DNA of 64,000 nucleotides from Haliotis rufescens (taxonomy: Eukaryota): positions 18,910,001 through 18,974,000 of the forward strand of contig NW_025963791.1 of assembly GCF_023055435.1 (NCBI RefSeq). Direction: 5' to 3'. Below the pieces are notes generated by a model. It had not been told where the DNA came from, made no database searches, and worked only from the letters and a program-made list of their open reading frames with translations. Positions 54,246 to 64,000 of this stretch are shown here, one piece after another. The stretch's first letter is position 1. Every line of letters begins with the position of its first letter. The translations under genes were made by a program, and so were the position numbers.

Positions 54246-55466
54246 GCTGTGGCGGCACCGGCTGACTGTGGCACTAATAACTTAATATGAATCGGCAGAG
54301 ATTGTGACGCATGAGACCCATCCCTTCTAATCAGTGCAACCATAACATTTTTTCACTTATTCAAAACATATTGTCTCTACATTCTGTAGAGATAAAAAGA
54401 AACATCTGGTACTTTGCTCTATCTGTCTGATAAACGGAACTTTTTCTATTCAAATATAGTTACTGTCTCGACTGTCACGTGGTACGTGAGGGTGGTCTAA
54501 TTTTGGAAGAAAGTACCCATACATCACTGATACCCAAGTGAAATGAATAAACAAACACATCGATTATTGAGTCATATCAATATGTAATATTCAAAAAGCA
54601 GGATATCGGAATAAGAATGTGAACTCAGGTGCACGTGCACGACCAAGGTTTCGAAGTAGGTTTCGGATAGTTAACAAGTCAAAGTCAAAGTGACCACCAT
54701 TTGCAAAGACATTTGCCTGGCAATGACTCCGAATAAGGACAAAACAGAGAATTCAGGAAGCCTCGGGGACGTCATTCCAGATTTGCCTGCTGCAGCTTGG
54801 CCAACATCACACGACTTCGAAGACGGTGAAAACGTCGTTTCAATTCATCCCACACGTTCTATGACGACTTTAAAACAGCAAATCCCATACCGCTAGCTAC
54901 ATTAATAAGAATGTTATATGCACGTCCGGTTTAATGTCATCACCGTGTGGCCTTGATTTTGAATGAAGGCCTCTTAAAACCAAGCAGAGTCGATGCCCCA
55001 CACTAAGGAAGGTATTTACTAAATTTGATCGGACTGAAATAAACTCTAGATAGTTGTTGAGTTATTATGAAAATTGTTCATTTTTGAGTGTACGACATTG
55101 AGCGTGAATCCGACCTTCCAAACTCAATGACAAGTATTTCAAGAACATTCCTGAGGGCAATATAGCAACGTATGTAAATACAGCACATGCTGCATGACCT
55201 CAACATAACCTACTACTGTTATCATAAGATTGTTAACAGTCAATTCCTTGTCGAGTTAAGATATAAACAAACTGTTTTCAGGCTGACCTTGGAGACGACC
55301 TTGACCATCAACTTGGCTCATCAAGACCTATTCTACCCCGGATCTTCACGGGCCTGCTACAACATATTTTATCAATAGGCGAGTGTGCCTGATTAAAAAC
55401 CCCTTAGGTATTTGCCTTTAGATCATGATAAAGTCATCTTGTTATCATATATATCATTTTTTTCAG

Positions 55467-56000
55467 GTGTTCCATACCGGCTTGATTATCAGGCGAACAG
55501 TCGTGTGGCAGATGCAGTTCGGAGCCATCTTCCAGTTGGGATGGTGGAAGTCCAGGAACGTTCATGACATCCGGGTCTCCGACGTGGACATTATACATAT
55601 GGATTGGTGCGCGTACAAGGGAGATAACTGTCATCTTCAGCCTAATGCTGCTGTCTTCACGGTGTCCGGCCACACCCACGAGTTTCACGTTGATGACATC
55701 ATTCTCAAGGAGATCCGAATTGAGGGAGAATGTCCGAGACTGGTAGAGCGGAAACTCTACAACGGAGCTGTGGGAAAAGTTAGCAATCTGCGTTTCGAGA
55801 ACAACTATGTTGGATCCGTATCGAGCAGCATGCATAACATTATAGCAGGCACACCAGGAGCTCATATCCAGAACTGGCAGTTTATCAATCTCCGGTATGG
55901 CGGCCACTGTGTCTGTAACGCAGGTGCAGGGCACTTTTCGGTTGACTCGCATACGACACACAACAACTTTGTATGCGGTACTGGTCCTATCATTGGATGA
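55467..56000 (+). CDS. GH49 orphan exon 2 (copy C): intact, no same-strand exon 1 upstream in the window
   Basis: TTTTTTTCAG acceptor at the homologous position; VFHTGLIIRRTVVWQMQFGAIFQLGWW...VSDVDIIHMDWC; 177 uninterrupted codons ending FVCGTGPIIG-TGA. Confidence 0.75.
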   Translation: MFHTGLIIRRTVVWQMQFGAIFQLGWWKSRNVHDIRVSDVDIIHMDWCAYKGDNCHLQPNAAVFTVSGHTHEFHVDDIILKEIRIEGECPRLVERKLYNGAVGKVSNLRFENNYVGSVSSSMHNIIAGTPGAHIQNWQFINLRYGGHCVCNAGAGHFSVDSHTTHNNFVCGTGPIIG

Positions 56001-57106
56001 TATTAATGGAAAGTACACACTGTCGTTTAAAACATCAAAACACACTGGAATATTTGCAAAAGTCGCAAAAGCAGAGCCACTGTACAATTCCGCATGTGTT
56101 ATGAATCGATATTAATAGTGATGATACCACGCGTGGCACCCGTCACTAACACATGGAAAGACAAGTCAGTTGTTCATCTGAACAAAACAGGGTAATATAT
56201 GGTACAGGTCAAAATATGGACATTAAGTTTGTCACTAATACGTCACATTTGGAAATATTCTCCACATGTATACCATAAAACTTTTTGAAAACTTTGCTGA
56301 GGCTTTGAATGCTGACACCGAATAAAAATTGTTTACCAAGAGTCGTAAGACGCTCTTTAAAGGATGGACATTAAGGGAAAGTTGACCATTGGAAAGTTGA
56401 AGTCATCCCTCTTGTCATACATTCTTGTGGATAGTTTTGTGTCACTCAGAACAGTTACGCATAGATCTAAATATGAAAGAGATGAGGCGGTTTCACTGGC
56501 TCCCTTTATTTCTAGTTCAGGTGGGTAAATCGGTGGTGGGAACAGGCTAAATGATGGCTATTGAGCGATATCAGATCGCCGATATACCTGAAGCTAAGAT
56601 AATCATCTTGGCCAGATTCCCTTGTTTTGACGTTTCCAATCCGAGCAGAAATTCCGATTCATATGTATAAAGATGGGGAGCACAAACGTTGCCCATGTGT
56701 TAGTGAGGGAGTTATAATTTAACGTCGCATAGGAATTATTTCAGCCATATAGCGACGAGAAGAAGTTGATATATACACAAGTGAGTCATGAATGAATACA
56801 CAGTTCTATTTAAAACCAAATTTGTCAAACATATTTGGGCAAGACAATATTATCTATAAAGTTGCAAACATCGGCGATAGGCTACCAGTAACCAATGGTT
56901 CCCATGGGATGCCGACCTCTGTCATGTTAGGCTTCATGACTAAAATCATGTTATGAGTGATGATATTTTCCGCATTAACATGGAAATGAAACACCTTTTA
57001 ACCCGTTATTCTTTATAAACTGTAATGTAACACTCTGGTATGACTTCTGCATTATAGTATACAGAAGAATATATTGAGCCACATCACTTATACGGTCCTA
57101 CTATAA

Positions 57107-57270
57107 GTGAGTGAGTGAGTATGGTTTTACGCCGCTTTTAGCAATATTCCCGCAATATCACGGCGGGGGACACAAGACATGGGCTTCACACATTGTACCC
57201 ACGTCGAGAATCGAACCTGGGTCTTCGGCGTGACGATCGAACACTTTAACCACTAGGCTATCCGACCGCC
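57107..57270 (-). mobile_element. SINE family A
   Basis: Matches family A; ggtccta on both sides. Confidence 0.88.
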
Positions 57271-57837
57271 AGGTCCTAAGACATAAAGATGAACAGTAAT
57301 GTCCGGTTTACTACAGACTGCCATCAGAGAGAACACAGATACAACCGTTAAGGCCACAGTGATTAGGGTTGAGATATAGGATACTAGAGCAAGGGCAGGC
57401 CAGACTGAAGGTCAGGGTAGATCTTGGGTTGTGATCACTACGGACAGAAGGTTGTACGTTCGTCGTCTCAGCCATCACAGATGACTAAACTATAGTTATT
57501 GTTTGTAGCGAGTGCGTATTCTCAGCAATATTCCAGCTGTGTGACGACGGCCTGTAAATAATGGAGTTTGGTCCAGAGAGTCCAGTGATTGATATTAAGT
57601 GTAATGATCCAAGCTGTCTGGGTACGATGACACAATACAAACCAGTTCACTGAACCTGTCCATACAATCTATTCAGTCGCCTTGTACGACCGTCATAGGT
57701 AACATTTGTGATATTTGGGATAACACTTCCTTAGTGAAGTACAAATTCTAGCACTTTTTGTGGTTGAGTCCCATCCGGAATTCGAACCCAAACTCCCAGA
57801 TTGAGGCACCAATCGCCAGCACACAAAGTCATCCACC

Positions 57838-58103
57838 GAAAACTCAAATGCTTTGACATAATTGAACCTAGTTCTTTTCTGATATTGTAAAAAGTCACGC
57901 AAATCCTTTGAGATTTTGAGAATCCACATGGTATTAATTCCGCTTGTCTCAAACACTTTCTGTGAATGAAAAGAAAGTCCTTCCTTGATTTTATTAAGGA
58001 TTGTGGTTAATCGTTGAGACAGGGATTTGGTGGTACATTTGTTGTACCCAGCAATATACCCCTCTTTGTACGGATCTTTATGGAGCTTTGGAATCCAGTA
58101 CAT
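57838..58103 (-). mobile_element. Penelope-like reverse transcriptase relic
   Basis: YWIPKLHKDPYK...KCTTKSLS...SGINTMWILK.SK...KAFEFS matches the PLE RT N-terminal motifs (PKxHK; up to the DF-S motif). Confidence 0.75.
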
Positions 58104-58574
58104 GTCATGGACATATCTTCAGGTTAAAGAGTCATGTCAAAAGTGGATAGTACCGATGTATGATTTTGGCAGACGAGACTTTTCAGTTGAGACAACGAGC
58201 AATTTCAGTTATGACAGCGTGTGATCCCTCCCAATGCAATGGCTGCTCTTTGTCACACGTTCACGGCTTTGATGTTAGTTATCTACATTTCCGAAACCGT
58301 TTGCGATTTAGATATGTACCCATCCACATCTGGCGTCCCTGGGTCATAACGTCCACGTCGATGCATCACAATTCACTTATATTACAGAGTGAAAGATGCG
58401 TAGTCTGTTAATAATAATAGGACATCGTCTTTCTCAGACAGTTCCGTGACAGTCGAGATCAGAACAAAGACAGAGTTTACAATGCATTGTACGGTAACAG
58501 GTTACATGACAGGGGTCCCATGACAGCCCAAATCGTCACCCAAAGAAACTCCATCAGGATATCAGTGCGACTAT

Positions 58575-58718
58575 GGTTGGTTGGTTGGTTTGTTGTTTAA
58601 CGCCGCACTCAGCAATATTCTAGCTATATGACGACGGTCTGTAAATAATCGAGTCTTGACCAGACAATCCAGTGATTGATATCATGAGCATCGATCGACG
58701 CAATTGGAATATGATGAC
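58575..58718 (-). mobile_element. SINE-like family B, 3' half
   Basis: Matches the family B tail. Confidence 0.75.
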
Positions 58719-59501
58719 AACTGCGACTATAGAAGCAAGGAATCAACCATACGGACTAACTTCTAATATTTGCAGACTGCCGTCAAACATGACATTGTTT
58801 ATACAATGGCAGTGCAGCAGCCAGCATCATTGGCAGCTATTGCCTCAACTGTCTGCTGGATGTGAACACAAGAGAAAGCATGTCGGCTAAGCAACAATTT
58901 GCATGCGCATTTTTCATGATTTGCTCGAACTGCACTATGTGTGAATGTCCAAGGTCATACCACCAGAAATCATTTCTGAACAGGTCGCCAAAACGCATAT
59001 CGACCATTCTCTGTACATTAAAACAGCTTTCAGACTACGGCTAGGTATATGCTAAATTAATGCCCATGGCGACTTTCTTTTGCCTTCCAGTATAGCTAAA
59101 AATGTTGAATCTAAACCAACTCATTCAGTGTTGATATTCTTTGGTTTCAGCGAAGGGAACAACGTTTCTTTTAATAAATGAGAATATTATCCAACCATCC
59201 TAGGATATTGCTTCAACACACACGTCTTCAAATCTAGCAAATATTGACAGTGTGATCTTTGTGTCTTGTTTTCTTCCAGGAGCCCACGAAACATTTTGGC
59301 CGACGAGATATACCCATATGTCTCATATCCTATCAACAGACACAGTACATTTGAGATGTTGAAATGTACGTCATATATGACATGATATATTCGTTATCTG
59401 ATCCTGTCAATATCAAGCAACACGATAACAGCTATCGTGGAGTGTAAACGTTTGATAAATAACATAACAGGTAGCCATTCACCATAGTGTACTAAAACAT
59501 C

Positions 59502-60407
59502 ATGGAAGTGTGTCCAGTCATCTACCTAGTAATGACAATGATGGGCGGATGTATGGCCGAGCTGGTCATATACCCTGCACCTCCGACCATGGAGTCATCA
59601 GATAAGTATGAGGTATTGGTAGGTCTCGGGGATCCATTATTGGGTACCTTCACTTACAAGACGACCTCGAACCACAGACATATCGAGAACCACTACGTCC
59701 ATCCCAACCGGTCCGTGTCCTGGTCGTCTTTTGCATTCAGTCGTGGTCCGGTAATCGTTGAGGTCAGGACGCAGAAGGACTTCAGTCAGTGTCTGGTTCG
59801 CCCGGTAAGTTACAAGTACGCCTGCAGTAGGGTGGGGAACAAGACGGCTAGGTTTACAGTGACTCGGAATTCTACTATGATGTCTGTAGAGTTTGATAAT
59901 GACTACGGCAGTTGGAAGTCCGACATAGTCGACAAGCTGCTGATATTTGCAGAACCTTTGGAGAGAGATGTTCCTTCTAAGAGTGACCCCTCGGTAATGT
60001 TCTTTGACGTCGGTGTGCATTATCTTGACGGTCAAGTCAGATTAAACTCGAGTATAAAAGAAGTTTACATCAGTGCTGGAGCTTTCGTTGATGGAGGGTT
60101 CATCACCACGGACAACACAAAGGTCAAGTTCCATGGAAGAGGGATCTGTTCAGGCCGCAAGTACAAATTTCATGACAAGCGATTTCAGTGGTCGTTGATC
60201 AACACTGCACAAGGCACTAATCACACAATTGAAGGCATAACGTTAAGTGATCCCCAACAGTTTTTCATATTCGCCCAAAGTCCCAACAACATCATTAAAC
60301 AGGTCAAGATGGTGGGCGCCTGGCCTTACAATACTGACGGTATTGAGATGGGCGTTGGTGGTTTGGTGGAGGACGTGTTCATTATGGCCAATGACGACTC
60401 ACTCAAG
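59502..60407 (+). CDS. GH49 gene B exon 1
   Basis: Signal peptide MEVCPVIYLVMTMMGGCMA; colinear paralog of gene A exon 1 with YNTDG and ANDDSLK|GTAATG donor; 302 codons. Confidence 0.88.
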
Positions 60408-60567
60408 GTAATGCCAGACTTTAACCTTTAACAACTCTGTGTGTTTCAGATATGATAGCTTATCAATTATCAATTCATCAATTCCATCTGTATTATTTAT
60501 GTCTTAGTTTCGTTAATAGCTCTAGAGATTAAACATTACTGTAGCCCCTAAAACCATTACAATCTGA

Positions 60568-60830
60568 CCCGTGAAGATCCAGGGTAGAATAGGTCTCCAG
60601 CAACCCGTGTTTGCCGTAAAAGGCGACTATGCTTGTCGTAAGAGGCGACAAACGGGATCTGGTGGAAAGGCTCGCTGACTTGGTTGATGCATGTCACCGT
60701 ATCCCAATTGCGTGGATCGATGCTCATGATGTCAAAAACTGGATTTTCTGGTCCAGACTCGATTATTTACAGACCGCCGTCATATAGCTGGAATATTGCT
60801 GAGTGCGGCGTTAAACAACAAACAAACAAA
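60568..60830 (+). mobile_element. SINE-like family B in the GH49-B intron
   Basis: Full-length match to family B. Confidence 0.88.
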
Positions 60831-61394
60831 CGTTATAATCTAAGTATAATCCAGAATTGGTTTCTTAGGATTAGTTTGAACTCACTCAAAGACCATCGCA
60901 CACTTAGTTATCGATTGCACATGTAAATAAAGCAACACAACCCTTTCCATATCCAATAGAAACCTCCGCATAAAACAGAGTCGATTGTACGATTCCGACT
61001 ACAACATAAGCATGTATTTGTGAATCACTATCAAATAGTAATGATACCAGGTGTTCGCGAAGCGTATCCTGCGGCACCCGTCACCGGTGACACCGGTCAC
61101 AAACACATGCACAGGCAAGTCAATTGTTCACCTGAAAACGACGGGAACATATGGAACAAGTCAAAACAGGGAATTGCATCGGACATCAATTTTGTCACTG
61201 ATGCGTCAAATTTGGAAATGTCCTCCATAAACCTTTTTGAAAGTTTTACTGAATCCTTGAATGTTGTAACGGTGATCAAACAACTTCTGAGCAAGAGTCG
61301 TACGACGCTAAGTCACGTTTTACTTCAGAGATTCCAGTCTTGCTCGATGGTTCCTTGAATATCTGGAACGACTTAATGTTAGTTTTCCTTATAG

Positions 61395-61922
61395 GTGTAC
61401 AACAACGATATGACGATACAGAGAGTGGTCATCTGGCAAATGCAAAATGGTGCCGTATTCCAAACCGGCTGGTGGACGGAACGTGACCTTCACAGAGTCA
61501 GCATCAGCAACATCGACGTCATTCACACGGACTGGTGTACATTCCACGACCCCGACTGTGGTATGCTTAGTAGAAACAATGCAGTGTTCGATCTGGCTGG
61601 AAACGTCAAGGTCATCAACATGTATAATGTGTCGTTTCAAAACATTCGTCTTGAAGGTTTTTGTCCTCGTTTTGTTTTCTGGACCATGCCGGCAGGGATC
61701 AATGGAACTTCATCCAATGTACGATTTATAGATGTCTCGGTTGGTTCACAGCCAAGTAGTGGCCAGCTCATGAATGAAATATCAGGTTATAAACCCAACG
61801 GCTATGTGTCCGATTGGCTATTTGCTAATTTGTCTGTAAGCGGACGATGTATTGCTACACCTAACGCTGGGAGATTCGTAATTGATAATTCAACAACATC
61901 AAATATTAAGTTTTCGTGTTAG
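61395..61922 (+). CDS. GH49 gene B exon 2 (spliced product 477 aa)
   Basis: TTTTCCTTATAG acceptor; VYNNDMTIQRVVIWQMQNGAVFQTGWW...; ends IKFSC-TAG; AATAAA at 62053-62058. Confidence 0.88.
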   Translation: MYNNDMTIQRVVIWQMQNGAVFQTGWWTERDLHRVSISNIDVIHTDWCTFHDPDCGMLSRNNAVFDLAGNVKVINMYNVSFQNIRLEGFCPRFVFWTMPAGINGTSSNVRFIDVSVGSQPSSGQLMNEISGYKPNGYVSDWLFANLSVSGRCIATPNAGRFVIDNSTTSNIKFSC

Positions 61923-62904
61923 ACATGCTACTTAGAATTAGAAATGATTAAAAGAAATGATGATACAAATAATCCAGACGTGTTTCAGGCGTATAGTTGT
62001 TGATTCTGTTCGCATGTCATGTTAATTAATACTGTTTTTTTAACGTGGCCTTAATAAACCATCATTAAAATTATTCTTACATATAAACTGTGGGGCAAAA
62101 GAAACTATAGCTCTCAATTGTATTATATGTTTGATTTTCATTTATTAATATCTCTAGTTAGTGATATTATATATAAAAAGGTGACTTTATTTGCGCTTAG
62201 TCAGCACTCAAAGAATACTTCTAGATGATTTTTATTTTTTTTTACAATAATTTGATTTAAATTTTCTTAAATTAAGAAACAAAATTCGGATAGTAGACAA
62301 CTGCCGATGGGTATCTTAGACATCTTATATTTTATAGTTTTTCGCACAAATTTACATTTCATGGTAGGGGATAACTTACAGGAACGATTGATCAGACATA
62401 ATCCAATTTAACAACAGTTCTTTTAATTTTAAGTTACATAAAAAACAAACTCGGTATAATTTTTTTGCCGGTCAGTTTAGCTTGTGTGTGTTGATGCTGA
62501 TGTCTCATAAAGACCTTGCTCCCACAATCATGCTGTGGCTTTTGTCATGTATCGAGTAACGTTAAGAGAGAAGTGACATTCAATATTCTCTGTCATTCTA
62601 TTTCTCATTGGGATAAGCATGTTAATGAACTAGATTAGGAATACATTCTCTTCATATGATTACATATGTAAATATTATATGTACCCATAAGCATCACGCT
62701 GCTGTCAGCCCAGGTCTGTCTATAGAATCAGGGAAAGCCGATTTCCATCTGCAGTGGAGTGCTGGCACAGTGACAGATCTGTCCGACAGTACCTCCATTA
62801 AGCCAAGGTGCACAATCAGCTAAATACCCTAACGCCTTTCATATTCAACCACACACACAGAGCATATGCCTGCTGACCAGAAGACGTATTACTCGGCAAT
62901 AAAC

Positions 62905-63025
62905 CACCCCACCCCACCTCACCTCACCTCACCTCACCCCATCCCACCAACTTCACATCACCTCACCTCACCCCACCTCACCTCACCCCACCCCACCTCA
63001 CCTCACCTCACCTCACCCCAACCCC
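62905..63025. repeat. (CACCT/CACCC)n pentanucleotide microsatellite
   Basis: Directly visible. Confidence 0.9.
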
Positions 63026-63952
63026 TGTTGCGACCTATATGACCGCCGTTATGTAAGTATATGTTATCTGTGTCCTGCACAATATTTAGTCACGTGACCA
63101 GTAATGGTGGACCAGGTACTTGTTGTACCTGTATTGCTTATACAACCTAGAATTATGTAACTTTTGCACGAATTGGAACTCCACAAGGTGCGACAGATCT
63201 TTGACTTGTGATATGAAAAGGCATAATTACAAGAATAAGTTTTTGAGTCATCGTTATGGCCACTCCCATATTTAGTTTAGTCTGCTCGACTCCATTCGTT
63301 GGAAGTGTATGGAAGAGGATATGTGCGAGACAGTTCGGTGACTATATTGGCCTGCACGTTTTTCGATTTGTCGAGTTCAACACAACTTTGTTTTCTACTA
63401 ATGCAGGGTAACGACCTCAGGTCTCCGGCTAAACGAGCCGACGTTATAACAACGAGTGTCCCCACCGCCCAGTCAACATTCGATGCACAAACATGCAAAT
63501 ATTCGTTATAATATTGTACCGAAATACTTACTGTCAAGTGTAAACTCCTTTTTGCGGTGAATGGCACATAACACACAGTTGTTGACGGCGCCGGAATTCA
63601 CTTTTAAGAGTTACGTCCCTTATTCGTGTCAGGATCTGCTGATCGTTGAAGCGAACTCGATATTCGTGTTGGTCCTTGTTTTTCAGCACAATGCTCATTA
63701 TTCATGTCTGTGGTTATCATCAAAGTTAGCATGCCTTGATAAAACTGAAATCAAATGTGACGTTTACCAGACTTGTTCTTGTTGTGAGTGTTTTGCTAAG
63801 TGTGACGTCATAGTTTGATCAGAACGTCGCCTCACAATGTTAGTGGGGGCTTGATTGTGGTTTTGTATCTCATATCTTTTGTGACATATATATATTAGGA
63901 TATTATATGAGTGTTCATGTCATACTATGTTTACGACACGAGTGTCTAAATT

Positions 63953-64000
63953 CCGGTGGCCCAGTCGTCTAAGGCGTCGCGATTCGCTGTGCAGAGTTGC
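63953..64000 (+). mobile_element. 5' head of a family D SINE, cut by the window edge
   Basis: ggtggcccagtcgtctaaggcg..gc.attcgctgtgcagagttgc. Confidence 0.75.

Noticed and set aside
54246-55466. Possible plus-strand exon 1 remnant for orphan exon C, or inverted repeats matching the gene A intron
   Set aside because: By eye I found no GH49-like translation and no convincing inverted repeat; a tblastn and dot-plot are needed to exclude decayed remnants.
51477-56087. Long antisense ORFs (51477-52124 +, 53202-53672 +, 55434-56087 -)
   Set aside because: Shadows of GH49 exons with no independent protein signature.
51549-61922. Microbial contamination as the source of the GH49 genes
   Set aside because: The genes have spliceosomal introns containing satellite DNA and a family B element found throughout the window, and are contiguous with NDUFS6.

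Overview
AT-rich, repeat-dense animal genomic DNA with spliceosomal GT-AG introns. The SINE repertoire and gene content suggest a mollusc, possibly a grazing gastropod (inference). Most entries in the ORF track are noise or satellite read-through, and the real genes are spliced. (1) The 5' three exons of a membrane-anchored SDR9C-type short-chain dehydrogenase (minus strand; 37340-37550, 8734-8946, 5169-5351; 28.4-kb first intron; continues off the left edge). (2) A complete four-exon NDUFS6 (complex I subunit, minus, 43593-48109, 143 aa), essentially missed by the ORF track, in which two of the four zinc ligands are Ser. (3) A cluster of secreted glycoside hydrolase family 49 (dextranase/isopullulanase-like) genes, a family typical of fungi and bacteria. 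Gene A is minus (53334-54245 + 51549-52088) and gene B is plus (59502-60407 + 61395-61922). An intact orphan exon 2 (plus, 55467-56000) leaves exon 1 of gene A almost exactly midway between two oppositely oriented exon-2 cassettes. The rest is at least four SINE or SINE-like families, Tc1/IS630, mariner, Penelope-like and LINE relics, palindromic MITEs and many minisatellites.
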